Source: Candidatus Latescibacterota bacterium (GTDB lineage: Bacteria; Latescibacterota; UBA2968; UBA8231). Taken from it: DNA of 64,000 nt. A program made the position numbers and the translations under genes. The stretch is from assembly GCA_965217585.1 (NCBI GenBank), contig OZ244561.1:5984001-6048000 (forward strand), given 5' to 3'. Below are positions 37,248 through 47,010 of this stretch, piece after piece (position 1 is the first letter of the stretch; each line of letters opens with the position of its first letter). The notes beneath the pieces were generated by a model. That model was given only the letters and a program-made list of their open reading frames with translations, did not search any database and had not been told where the DNA came from.

Positions 37248-40037
37248 TCATTCGACAGTGGAATTCGCCCTCAGGCGCGCCTGCCAGGTGCGCAGCTCTT
37301 TGCTCCAGGCCGCCTTGCGGACTTGGCTCATCTCGGTCGACGCTGAGAGCGCTTGGAGCGCATCCTCAATGGCCTGCCGTGCCGCTTCGCGGCGGCCCTG
37401 AACGAGCATGCACTGGGCCAGTTCGGTCAGAGCTTGGATGTCGCCTTGGCGGCCTCGATGCCGCAATTTGGGAAAATTCAGCAAGGCCTGCAGGGAGCGG
37501 TCGTCCGGCGTGAGCGCCAGAGCGCGAGTGTACCACTTTGAGGCCTCGATATACCTTCTGCGCTTGCTCTCAAAGTGTCCCTGCAAGATCAAGGGCATGG
37601 CGCGCTGATAGGCAGCAAAGTGTGCGCCCTCCTCTTCCGTTATGGAGTTCTGCCGCACCCAGTCCATTGGATTGGCGCGATGGCGCATCAGCAGGTCGAG
37701 ATTCTTCAACATCGCCTGTGAATCCCATCCTTCGAGCGGTCCGCGAAACTCGAGCAGAGGATGTTCCTCGGTGTTGAGGTCGCCCTCGCCGAGTAGGGAC
37801 GCTAGCTGCGGACCGGCGGTTACAAAAGTCGAGAGCAGCTTGTACGGATTTTCGAGGTGGATTTCAGCTAGGTCCGCAAGCACGTTCGGCTCTGTGAGGC
37901 GCTGCTGAAACAGCTCGAAGTCGATCTCCATCTCGTCGCGCCACCCCACCAGTAAAACATAGTGCGTGGCCTCGTTGTTCATATAGAAGACGGCCATTTC
38001 GGGGAAGGCGCGGTAGAAGGTGCGCAGCGTCATCAGGAAGAGGTCCTCGGAGAGGCCGCCAAGAGGCATCCATACCACTACCACTCCGCCGGGATTGAGG
38101 CGTGCGCGGGAGTGCATAAAGAACTCCAGATCGTAGAGGTTGGCGTTGGACTTGTAGCGCAGATCTGTACAGTCGGTGGCGATAATGTCGTAGGTTTCGT
38201 CGGTGTACTGCAGGTACGCACGGGCGTCGTCAAAGATGATTCTATAGCGTGGATCTGGGTGCTCGAGGAAGCGGTGGTTCGAAGCGCCCAAGTAGGATGC
38301 GGCTGCGACGATTTCAGGGGCAATTTCGACACAGTGTACTTTCTCGAGGGAGCTGTGCCGCAGGTAGGAATAGGAGGACCCCCCGCTGCCAAAGCCCACG
38401 GTGAGGGCCGCTTTGGCATCCCGCACTATACACATGGGGATGTGGGCGAGGGATTTCTGGTCGGTCAACATCGTCTGCGAAGTGCCAGCCACGCTCGCCT
38501 GGTCGACAAAGACATAACGAGCGCTTGACTGCGTCTCGTAGACGGCTATAGTGGCAACCGGTCCTTCGCGGTAATAAATCTGCTCTAGGTTTTTGGCGAT
38601 CGGAGCCCTGAGGTCGCCCCGAAGGGGCACGGAGAGCATGGTAAAGAGGCTAAAAGCGAAGGTAGCACCGATCGCTGCCATGGCATAGCGCCGTGCGGCA
38701 GGGCGCGACAACAGGACGATCACCCCGATAGTGACATCTATCAAGGCGAACAATTCGAAGGTGAACGTGAGCCCAACCGCGGGGATCAGGACGAAGCTCG
38801 TTGCGATCACTCCGAGGATCGCGCCGAGGGTGTTGAGCGCGTACACGACCCCCACGTCGCGTCCCACTTGGGAAACCGAGGCTGCCGACTTGATGGCGAG
38901 GGGCAAGGACATGCCCATCAGCAGGGTCGGGATCCCGATGGCGAACACAGTCTGCAGGATGACGTTGGCAAAGGCGAGGGCGAAGTCAAGTTCATAGGTT
39001 TCGCGGCTCAGGGGATCGCCGAGGATATTTCCCCCGGCACCACCATAGATGGTCAGCAGTGAGACGAGCAGCGATATCCCGAGCAAGGAAAGGAGCAAGC
39101 CGTAGAGCTTGAGGGGGTCGCCGTGGCGGTCTGCCAGAGGAGCGATCAGGACACTGCCGAGGGCGATGCCGCACAGGAAGACGCCCAGCAGGGCGCTGAA
39201 GCAGTAGGTAGTGCTGCTGAGGTACGCATAGGTGAACACGAGGGAGCGCGACCACAGGATCTGGCACCCCAGGGATACGAACCCGCTCAAGAAAGCAGCC
39301 GCCCACACCATGTGTACGAGCCGCGCTGAATATCCGCGGGAGATTTCTTCACCGACCGGTGCGGATTTTGTCTCGATATCCGCACTCTCTTGGTCGCGAA
39401 CCATGACCCAGAATACAAGCCCCAGACACGCGGCCACCAGGTTCAGCGCCACAGCCACGTACTCGCTGCCGTAGAGGCCAAATTCCTTGATTAAAAAAAA
39501 TCCGGCGCAGAATGCCCCGAGGACGGCCCCACCCGTATTGATCCCGTACAGCGTGGCGATGCGTCCTCCCAAGTGCGCCTCACTTCTCACAATGGCCCTT
39601 GAGAGCAGAGGCAGGGTAGCCCCCATCAGGAAAGTGGGAATTAGGAGTACGCCGATAGCGGCGATAAAGCGCCCGGCCGTAAGCAGGGCGAAGTTCTGCC
39701 CAAAGAGCGCAAAGTTGGCGCGGTCGACTAGGGAGAGGTGAGGCAGGATCAGGATCAAGAGCCCTCCCAGCGCCCCGATCGCTACCTCGATTGCGGCGTA
39801 GGCCAAAAGCGGGCTGCGCAAACGATCGCTTACGCGTCCGGCCAGTACAGCCCCGAGGGCGAGTCCACCCATGTACGCGACTACTACAGCGCTGAGGGCA
39901 TAGGTGCTCGTGCCGAACACATAACTGAGCATGCGCGTCCAGACGATTTCATAGATCAGCCCGGCAGCCCCCGACACAAAGAACATCAAGTAGACAGGCC
40001 ATGCTGTGATCGTCGGACGTATGTTCACAATTGGCAA
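37248..40037 (-). CDS. Fused MFS-like membrane domain / spermidine-synthase-like SAM-binding domain with C-terminal TPR (copy 1)
   Basis: SGAAGLIYEIVWTR and LYGINTGGA membrane repeats; VGFGSGGS, VEIAPEI, DDAR, DIIATDCTD, LNPGG..WMP; TPR tail. Start codon uncertain. Confidence 0.88.
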   Translation of the reverse strand: MPIVNIRPTITAWPVYLMFFVSGAAGLIYEIVWTRMLSYVFGTSTYALSAVVVAYMGGLALGAVLAGRVSDRLRSPLLAYAAIEVAIGALGGLLILILPHLSLVDRANFALFGQNFALLTAGRFIAAIGVLLIPTFLMGATLPLLSRAIVRSEAHLGGRIATLYGINTGGAVLGAFCAGFFLIKEFGLYGSEYVAVALNLVAACLGLVFWVMVRDQESADIETKSAPVGEEISRGYSARLVHMVWAAAFLSGFVSLGCQILWSRSLVFTYAYLSSTTYCFSALLGVFLCGIALGSVLIAPLADRHGDPLKLYGLLLSLLGISLLVSLLTIYGGAGGNILGDPLSRETYELDFALAFANVILQTVFAIGIPTLLMGMSLPLAIKSAASVSQVGRDVGVVYALNTLGAILGVIATSFVLIPAVGLTFTFELFALIDVTIGVIVLLSRPAARRYAMAAIGATFAFSLFTMLSVPLRGDLRAPIAKNLEQIYYREGPVATIAVYETQSSARYVFVDQASVAGTSQTMLTDQKSLAHIPMCIVRDAKAALTVGFGSGGSSYSYLRHSSLEKVHCVEIAPEIVAAASYLGASNHRFLEHPDPRYRIIFDDARAYLQYTDETYDIIATDCTDLRYKSNANLYDLEFFMHSRARLNPGGVVVVWMPLGGLSEDLFLMTLRTFYRAFPEMAVFYMNNEATHYVLLVGWRDEMEIDFELFQQRLTEPNVLADLAEIHLENPYKLLSTFVTAGPQLASLLGEGDLNTEEHPLLEFRGPLEGWDSQAMLKNLDLLMRHRANPMDWVRQNSITEEEGAHFAAYQRAMPLILQGHFESKRRRYIEASKWYTRALALTPDDRSLQALLNFPKLRHRGRQGDIQALTELAQCMLVQGRREAARQAIEDALQALSASTEMSQVRKAAWSKELRTWQARLRANSTVE

Positions 40038-40093
40038 TGGAGGGAGTGTTTGCCGAGCGGCGGGCGTGGGCCACCAGCCGCTCGGCCCTATCG

Positions 40094-40987
40094 CTAGGTC
40101 GCAGTAGAGATGGCAGCCCGGTATTCACCACTGGCGTCCCATCCGGGGTAGCGATCTTCCAAATCGCGTAGCGTATGCTCGCTGTAGTACGGATGGCCGA
40201 CGGGTGGGAAGTGGAAAAGTTCGCGAGTGCTGGGGTCCAAGCCGCTAATGAACTCCCTGAAGACCGGGTTGCTCCCAGCCATCACGTAATCCGACATCCC
40301 TTCCCAAGGGTGGTCGCGCCGGCCCCACCGCACGGTTAAGACGTAGCGCTCGCCACTCGTCTGGATGAAGTTGCTCCGCGAGTGGTTGGTGAAGATGGAG
40401 AAGATCGCCAGCGAACCGGCCGGCCCCGTAAACGTATGCTTGTCTCCCACCACGTGCGGGCCGTCGTCACCCCATTGGGTGGGCCAGAACGAGGTCGGTG
40501 CCATCCCGGGCTCGACATCGGAAAGGTAATACCAAAACTTGAGTTGGTTGTGGTCGCGGCTCGCCCTCACTGTCGGGAGTAGCGAGAATCCGTCCACGTG
40601 TCGGCCGGTGCTCTCCACAAATCCCGGGTAGCGAACAGAGCAGGCGCTGCCACGCATGCAGATTTGCGTTGTTCCCAACCAGCGTTTCGCAAGGGCGATT
40701 GTATCTGGGTCCACGATGGCCTGATTGAGGCACGGCTCCTCAAACGGAAAACTGGCGTTGCGAGTCGGTATAGCGTTCGGCTCCGGTAGGCTGCCCGGAG
40801 GTGGCAGTTGCTCGGGTGGGAGATCAGACCAAGGTGGGTGGAGACGGCGCGCCGCCGCTACCAGGGCCTTGGTTTGTTTGGGGGACAGATAGCCCGGCAG
40901 GAGGCAAAATCCTTTGCTGCACAACTCGGTGAACACGCTCTCGTCCGTCAGTTTCCTCTGCGGTATCGATTCGACCATCTGTGTCAT
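40094..40987 (-). CDS. PhyH-family dioxygenase (HxD)
   Basis: KGFCLLPGYL, RHVDG, WYYLSDV, TGPAGSL..F...HSRSNF..ERY. GGAGG SD. Confidence 0.82.
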   Translation of the reverse strand: MTQMVESIPQRKLTDESVFTELCSKGFCLLPGYLSPKQTKALVAAARRLHPPWSDLPPEQLPPPGSLPEPNAIPTRNASFPFEEPCLNQAIVDPDTIALAKRWLGTTQICMRGSACSVRYPGFVESTGRHVDGFSLLPTVRASRDHNQLKFWYYLSDVEPGMAPTSFWPTQWGDDGPHVVGDKHTFTGPAGSLAIFSIFTNHSRSNFIQTSGERYVLTVRWGRRDHPWEGMSDYVMAGSNPVFREFISGLDPSTRELFHFPPVGHPYYSEHTLRDLEDRYPGWDASGEYRAAISTAT

Positions 40988-41071
40988 CGCGTTCCTCCCT
41001 TAAAATTGCGTAACGTTGCGTACTACGGCGTATTGCCTACCTATGTCGCTGAGAAGCTGTTGGCGTACTAA

Positions 41072-41171
41072 GAGATTCTAACAAAACCTGCTAGGCGATC
41101 CTCGGAACGCGGGTGTCCCGCCCGCCCATGTCATTCCCGCGAAAGCGGGAATCCAGTTTTGTTAGGGCCTC
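41072..41171. mobile_element. 100-bp MITE with IS5/IS1031-like ends carrying REP-like palindromes
   Basis: TIRs GAGATTCTAACAAAAC (41072-41087) / GTTTTGTTAGGGCCTC (41156-41171), 13/16 match, with TAA on both flanks. Internal hairpin gtcattcccgcgaaagcgggaatcca. Confidence 0.7.
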
Positions 41172-41282
41172 TAAGCGGCCACGTGAATATATCAAGATCA
41201 AAAGCCTCCGTCTATCGCTTGTAAGTATGGGAAATCCACGGTGACAGCCAGCCTACATCTATATGCCGATTGGCCAAAGAAC

Positions 41283-42093
41283 CTACTGGCGATAAAACCA
41301 GCTTTGTTGCTCCTCTGATAAGCTGGCCAAAAAGTCCGCTGGGGGCTGATAGACTTTCCAGTGTGGCCCCCAGCGATAGATCAGGACGCGGCGCACTCCG
41401 GGGTTGATCCTCCGGGCCGAGCCGTGCGCAATACAGTCTACAAACAACACGGCATCGCCGGCATTCAATTCGACTTCAACCGCGGCTTCCATTCCGTCCA
41501 GAGAGCCGCCTTCTACAAAGGTCGATCCACTGAATGCGGGATGAAGCAGGTTGGACTTGTGACTGCCGGGAACGACCATGGTAGCCCCATCGTTAGGGCC
41601 GATGTCATTGAGTGCCAGAATGATGTTGACTTCACCACAGCGGAATCGATTGTTGTGGAATCGAAATTGGGTATACATGCGTCGTTTATGCGCTCCGGAG
41701 TGCAAGCGGGTAGCAACACCAGGTCCGCGAATTGAGGCAGTCGCACCTTCTAGGACCGGGGAATCCCCGGTTCTTTTTGCATCGGCAGGATAATGCGTAC
41801 CTTCTGTGACAGGGGGATCCTCACTGCCGATGTATCGCTTCAGGTGTTGTGCCCAAGCCGGATGGTTGACCAATCTCAGAAAAGAGGGGTCTCTTTCTAC
41901 CACATTCTCGAAAGAGGCCGAAAAAGGGGGGTCACTTTGTCGCGCTTTTTCTCGCCACCTAGCATCCGCTACTGTAAGGGGGCCACTGGTCTATGACTGC
42001 GTTCATCTCGGACAGATGATCGGCGTCAACCGCTTGTGGCAAAATCAAATATCCCTGTAAATCAAACAGGTAATCTTCCATTGCGGTCGGCAT
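41283..42093 (-). pseudogene. Frameshifted PhyH-family oxygenase (HxG motif)
   Basis: ATG at 42093 gives MPTAMEDYLFDLQGYLILPQAV..QW. The frame breaks near the G5 run at 41978-41982, and the remainder (LHSGAH, LNDIGPNDG, VVPGSHK, IAHG) is ORF 41283-41903. Total 811 nt = 3n+1. Confidence 0.8.
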
Positions 42094-42253
42094 CAGATTA
42101 ACCTTTTCCCCTCACAATTTCTTTACCGTGGGAGAGTGCGCCTAAATGGGAGCGCAAATCGCCCAATGCTTGACTCTAAGCCGCATTCCCCGTATCAAAG
42201 TAGCAAATGCTTTCGGCTATGTCACAATATTTCATCGGAAAGGAGTACTATCA

Positions 42254-43117
42254 ATGGCCAAGACAGATCTCGCCGAATACCCAGTCCTGACCCAGGAGCA
42301 ACGCGCTTTTTTCGACGAAAACGGCTATTTTATCGTCGAAAATGCCATTCAACCGGTTGGTCTTGAGCGCGTGCGCCAGGCGTTTGCACGCCGCGAGGCC
42401 GAAACCAGGGCCGAGTGGGCACAGTCCGTCCGCGACGGCACTTTCAGAGCCGGGAATGGCAACGGTCCCAACGCCCATACCATCATTCCAGACTTCGACA
42501 GCGATATTACTATCCTCGACCTAGCCAACAACCCCAAAGTCATCCCACTAGTGCAACAGTCCATCGGCCCCGAATACCAGGTCATGGAAATGCTCTATCA
42601 CAACCACCACGCCGGTACATCCGCTCATACCAGATGGCACCGCGACTGGCCCCCTTGGTCGCATCCGACCTATTCCTTCAAGATCAAAGTCTTTTACTTT
42701 CTCGATGACCAGGACGAAACCATGGGCTGTTTCTCCCTGGTGCCCGGCACGCACAAAAGTCCCGCAGACCCTCCCAAAGATCAGTACACGAGCGAAAACC
42801 TCGAAACCATGCCTGGCTACAAAAAGATGGCGCTCAACGCCGGCGATGCCGTGCTCTGGAACGTCGCCTGCTGGCACACCGGTCTGGCCAACACCAGCAC
42901 CCGCGACCGCCGTTCGGTCGTTTTTGGCTACCAGCCTTTTTTCATCAAAAAATGGGGTGTCGAGCCCCCACCACAGACTATCGTCGATTGGGCTGATACG
43001 CCGTATAAACGCCAACTCATGGGCATCCACTGCGTGCATGGCCGCCGAGCTTGGGACCGCAGCGACGTGCCCTATCTGCTCGAACACGAAGAAATCGCAA
43101 TGGCAAAACCATTTTGA
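42254..43117 (+). CDS. PhyH-family dioxygenase (HxD)
   Basis: LTQEQRAFFDENGY, WHRDW, FYFLDD, LVPGTH, CWHTG..N...RRS. AAGGAG SD before ATG 42254. Confidence 0.92.
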   Translation: MAKTDLAEYPVLTQEQRAFFDENGYFIVENAIQPVGLERVRQAFARREAETRAEWAQSVRDGTFRAGNGNGPNAHTIIPDFDSDITILDLANNPKVIPLVQQSIGPEYQVMEMLYHNHHAGTSAHTRWHRDWPPWSHPTYSFKIKVFYFLDDQDETMGCFSLVPGTHKSPADPPKDQYTSENLETMPGYKKMALNAGDAVLWNVACWHTGLANTSTRDRRSVVFGYQPFFIKKWGVEPPPQTIVDWADTPYKRQLMGIHCVHGRRAWDRSDVPYLLEHEEIAMAKPF

Positions 43118-43237
43118 GCAGTTGCAATCGACAGGTTTGCCGTTAGAACATCCAACATTACCCAGCCTCGCCTGACGGATCGCACTCGCCCGAGCGGCAC
43201 CGACCCCACTCTGGCAACTGTTTGAAAAAGGAGGTAG

Positions 43238-43279
43238 GGCGCTGGGGACCGTCGCCTAAAACCGACGGTCCCCAGCGCC
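43238..43279 (+). repeat. Perfect 17-bp-stem hairpin (GTAG-type REP-like) between SD and start codon
   Basis: ggcgctggggaccgtcg-cctaaaac-cgacggtccccagcgcc, preceded by AAGGAGGTAG. Confidence 0.8.
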
Positions 43280-43287
43280 GAATTGTT

Positions 43288-45840
43288 ATGGAAATCGAGC
43301 GCCTCATCCCACCAGATGCTCCGGTCGCAACCAAACCCTTTACTGCCTGGAGCGGAAAGTGGATCTGGACGGCCGACCCCACCGAAGGGGAAGGCGATTT
43401 CGTCTACTTTCGGCGCGAGTTTGAGCTGTCGAGCGTTCCTCCAGCCGCGGTCCTGCGCAGCGCTGCGGACCGCGAATACGCCCTGTGGGTCAACGGACAT
43501 TTTGTGGGTCGTGGCCTGCTTTCCGACCCACGCTTCAAACGCTACGACACCCGCGATGTCAGTGCGTTGCTGCGCCGGGGCAAGAACTGCATTGCCGCTC
43601 TGGTGTACCACGATGTCTCGATCCACCGGTGGACCGTGTGTCCCGAGGCGCACGGCTTGCTGTGCCAACTGGAAGCGGGTGAGTTTACCCTCATTAGCGA
43701 TGAGGACTGGGCCGCGCGGCGCAGTGAAGCCTATCTCGCCGGAGTGCGCTTTGACGATACGACCATGGCGGAGATTTACGATAGTCGCCAGACACCCGCA
43801 GGCTGGGAGCAGATCGGCTTTGACGATACCCAGTGGCCGTGCGCTGTGGCGGTTATTGCAAGGGTACACCGCCTCTTCAGGGCCAAGAGGCCACAGGCCC
43901 GATTCTTTCCCTGGATTCACTTGGTGCCTGCGGATGTGGCCGAGCACGCGTACAAGCGCCGCCTCCCGGTCCGCGTAGTGCAGTGTGGAGAGGTCCTGCA
44001 GCGGCGGGAAGCCAGTCCGCAAGACGTCGCCGTGCGCTTGAGTCTGGAGCAGGTGGAGCCGTGCGAGAAAGCCAAGGTGGAGCACGTCGAAGCGCTGTTG
44101 GAGGATGGCGCATCTGCCGTCATCGTGCGCAATTCAGATCCAAATGAAAGCGGCGATACCTTTGATGGACTGCGCAATGCCACCGTGGTGCTGGACTTTG
44201 GTCAGCTAATGAACGCACGCCTAGGTTTTCGCCTCAAGGCACCGGCGGGAGCCAAGATCGACATTGGTTATTCCTATCGCTTGGAAGATGGTCGGGTAAT
44301 ACCCTATGTGTCTCTGCGCACACCTATGGCCGACCAGTACACCACTAGGGAAGGGGAACAGGAGTGGCAGACCTTTCAGTGGCGCCACTGCCGCTATGTG
44401 CAACTCACCTTCAGAGACCTGCACGGGGAGATCGAACTCTTCAATGTGTGGGCCGAGGAGGTGCGCAACCCCTTTGCGGAACGCGGCGAGTTCGTCTGCT
44501 GCGACCAACTGTTGAACCAGGCCTTTGTCATGTCGCGGCGCACGGCCGATCTATGCGTGGTGGACCACACTATGGACAATCCTTCGCGCGAGCGGCGGCA
44601 GCACGGCGGCGACTGCAGCGGTATCCTGCGGGTTTTCTGGGCTTGCTTTGGCGATGTGGCCGTGGGCCGCAAATACTTTGTGCAGCACATGGAAGGCCAG
44701 CACGGCACCGGAATACACCGGGGTGCCTATCCCGGCGTCGAAGAGGCCGAAGAGTCGCTCATGGGGCACACGCTCAGTTTCGTGCTGCGTCTGTACGAAC
44801 ACTACATGCTCTACGCCGATGCGGACCTGGTGGCGCGTCTGTGGCTGGGAATCGAGCGCTTGGTAGAAATGTGCCATTCCTTTCTGGACGAGGAAGGACT
44901 CATGCCGCTGCCGCCCTATGGGATCTTTTTCGACTGGGCCGATCTGCAGCGCGAGGACTACCCCTTTATCCTCAATGCTTGGTGCTGCGAGGTGCTGCGG
45001 CGCGCGGCGGTCCTGGGGGAGGCCGTGGGACGGACTGCGCAGGTAGCGCGTTGGCGCGCTGCAGAGCGCCTTCTCGCAGAAGGGCTGCGCGAGTGCTGGT
45101 GGAACGAGGAGCGAGGCGCGTTCTCCGACTGTCTGACCGACGCCAAGGCAAGCGAGCACATCAGTGAGCACGCCAATTCTCTGGCCATAATCTTTGGGAT
45201 TGCCACGAGCGCCCAGACGCAGCGGATTATGGATGCGTACTCAAAGGACCGCGCAGCCTTTGGAGCGGCATCGCCGGGCTGGATACACCTGCCGGAGGCC
45301 TTTATTCGCGCCGGACGCGTGGATTTGGCCATCGACTGGATCCATCGTCATTTCTCGCGTCTGATCGCCATGGGGTTGGAGACCGTGCCGGAGGTGTGGA
45401 CCCTCTACGGGGAGCAGACACCGGGCACGTGGCGCTGCCGCAATAGTCGGGCGGTGGCGCAGGGGGCGGGATTGGGGGTGCCGTGGGCGCTGTTGACGGA
45501 ACTGTGCGGCATCCAGCCGCTCGAGCCGGGATTCCAGACCGTGCGCTTTGCACCGCAGCCCGGTCCACTGGAGTCCTTCAGGGGTTCGTTTCCGGGCCCG
45601 GACGGAGAATACAGCCTGGCGTACGAGAAGCGCAATGGCGAGTCCGTTGTCGAGATCGCCTTGCCCAGGGAGAAGCCGGTCGTGCTGGACCTTCCCTTTG
45701 CCGCAGCAGGGGCAATCTTCGACGTCGATGGCCGGCGACTAAAGCCCGACGAGACGATTGAGATGCCCAATGGCGCACCCGCACCGAGGTTTCATCTGCG
45801 CGGCAGACGGGAGTACCAAATCGGGGTTATAGGGCCTTAG
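43288..45840 (+). CDS. Alpha-L-rhamnosidase-like glycoside hydrolase (GH78)
   Basis: KWIW, YFRREF, ADREYALWVNG, LDFGQ, DNPSRER..GGD, FFDWA, TVPEVW, GIQPLEPGF. Alternative TTG start at 43222. Confidence 0.88.
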   Translation: MEIERLIPPDAPVATKPFTAWSGKWIWTADPTEGEGDFVYFRREFELSSVPPAAVLRSAADREYALWVNGHFVGRGLLSDPRFKRYDTRDVSALLRRGKNCIAALVYHDVSIHRWTVCPEAHGLLCQLEAGEFTLISDEDWAARRSEAYLAGVRFDDTTMAEIYDSRQTPAGWEQIGFDDTQWPCAVAVIARVHRLFRAKRPQARFFPWIHLVPADVAEHAYKRRLPVRVVQCGEVLQRREASPQDVAVRLSLEQVEPCEKAKVEHVEALLEDGASAVIVRNSDPNESGDTFDGLRNATVVLDFGQLMNARLGFRLKAPAGAKIDIGYSYRLEDGRVIPYVSLRTPMADQYTTREGEQEWQTFQWRHCRYVQLTFRDLHGEIELFNVWAEEVRNPFAERGEFVCCDQLLNQAFVMSRRTADLCVVDHTMDNPSRERRQHGGDCSGILRVFWACFGDVAVGRKYFVQHMEGQHGTGIHRGAYPGVEEAEESLMGHTLSFVLRLYEHYMLYADADLVARLWLGIERLVEMCHSFLDEEGLMPLPPYGIFFDWADLQREDYPFILNAWCCEVLRRAAVLGEAVGRTAQVARWRAAERLLAEGLRECWWNEERGAFSDCLTDAKASEHISEHANSLAIIFGIATSAQTQRIMDAYSKDRAAFGAASPGWIHLPEAFIRAGRVDLAIDWIHRHFSRLIAMGLETVPEVWTLYGEQTPGTWRCRNSRAVAQGAGLGVPWALLTELCGIQPLEPGFQTVRFAPQPGPLESFRGSFPGPDGEYSLAYEKRNGESVVEIALPREKPVVLDLPFAAAGAIFDVDGRRLKPDETIEMPNGAPAPRFHLRGRREYQIGVIGP

Positions 45841-46673
45841 ACCGTTTTATAATCCCAGCACCCCGGAGTATAGGGTTTGCGCTGGAAAAGCTTTTGGCGA
45901 TGGGGACTTGCGTCTTCCAGCCATTCGGGAGAAATGGCTTGGGTGTGCAAGTGAGGGGGACCTGCTTCTTTGAAGATAAAGTTGGTTTGCAGCCGGTATC
46001 TCTGCGGGGAATCCAGAGGTTTGGACGCCACCCCGTGAAAAACTCGGGCGTTGAGAAAGACCATGCTGCCCGGCGGCAGCTCCAAGTGTTCTATTTTGAA
46101 CCGGTGCCCCGCTCGTCGGCCGTATTCCTCTGTGAGCAGTTGCTCGGGCGTGACTTCGAGCGGAGAGATCAAATGGCTTCCGGGGATTATGGACAAACTT
46201 CCATCGCCCCGCCTGAATCCGTTGAGATAGTAGAGCATCTGGATGTACCACTTGTGCCGCTCGGCGAGGTTGACGGGATTTTCGTGTTTCCAGTGGTGGT
46301 GGTCCTGGTGGAAACCAAGGCCCCCGGCACCGCGCATGTGCACATTGAAGAGCGAATGACAAAAGTGATACTCTGCGCCAATCACCGTCTGCAATAATGC
46401 GGTTACCAAGGGCGCGTCGAAGAGTTGCCTGGCACAAGGCCCCTTGTCGCTCCACGGCCGTTCGCCAAAGCGATTGGGCCTGGGCAAATTCGCGAGTTCT
46501 GCGGCGGTTTTGGCGAGAAATTCCGCGACCTGCTGGCGGCTGAGTATCTCAGCGGTCAATGCGGCAAGCCCCGCGTCGGTAAACACCGCGGGAAAGACGG
46601 CGTAGCCGTTTTCATGGAAAGCGTCTATAGCCTCTTGGGAAGGTGTTGCAATGCGAAACATAGCACCGACCAT
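45837..46673 (-). CDS. PhyH-family dioxygenase (HxD)
   Basis: AFHENGYAVF, FHQDH, LYYLNG, IIPGSH, ARVFHG..R. Start uncertain (46661, 46673 or 46700). Confidence 0.88.
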   Translation of the reverse strand: MVGAMFRIATPSQEAIDAFHENGYAVFPAVFTDAGLAALTAEILSRQQVAEFLAKTAAELANLPRPNRFGERPWSDKGPCARQLFDAPLVTALLQTVIGAEYHFCHSLFNVHMRGAGGLGFHQDHHHWKHENPVNLAERHKWYIQMLYYLNGFRRGDGSLSIIPGSHLISPLEVTPEQLLTEEYGRRAGHRFKIEHLELPPGSMVFLNARVFHGVASKPLDSPQRYRLQTNFIFKEAGPPHLHTQAISPEWLEDASPHRQKLFQRKPYTPGCWDYKTV

Positions 46674-46828
46674 ATTATTCGGAGTATTCCTTTCCCCCAC
46701 CGTTTTGTGGATTGATCAGTCGCTAGCGTCCCGGGATGGTCGTCGCCGGACCCTTCGTTAGCTTTTGCGTCTTTAGGCCGTAAATCCCAAGCCTTTAGGC
46801 TTTGGATATAAGGGTTTGGCTTTAGCCT

Positions 46829-46858
46829 TTCGTCCCCCATACGTTCGTCCCCCATACG
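46829..46858. repeat. 15-bp tandem duplication
   Basis: ttcgtcccccatacg twice. Confidence 0.85.
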
Positions 46859-46907
46859 GAGGACGGACTGCTCTGCAATTTTCCTCTTGTGCTCGTGGTA
46901 TTATTAA

Positions 46908-47010
46908 CTGACGTTACGCAGTAGCTCTCTATCTTGTGGTTTATCGCAGACTGTTGACCCAAGATGTTGGGGTGAAATCGAGAATTTTCTGAAAAACTGC
47001 GTAACATCAC
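46908..47010. mobile_element. 103-bp MITE nested in the IS200/IS605 element
   Basis: TIRs tgacgttacgcagt (46909-46922) / actgcgtaacatca (46996-47009), 13/14 match. 7-bp direct repeat ttattaa at 46901-46907 and 47011-47017. Confidence 0.75.

Noticed and set aside
40052-40086. 10-bp-stem hairpin between the PhyH and MFS/SpeE genes
   Set aside because: Long loop and no U-tract, so it cannot be supported as a terminator or a repeat family.
46625-47010. Short ORFs as a tnpA remnant or a TPR fragment (GDDHPGTLAT)
   Set aside because: No HUH/Y1 motif; the ORFs cross the IS left end, the tandem duplication and the MITE.
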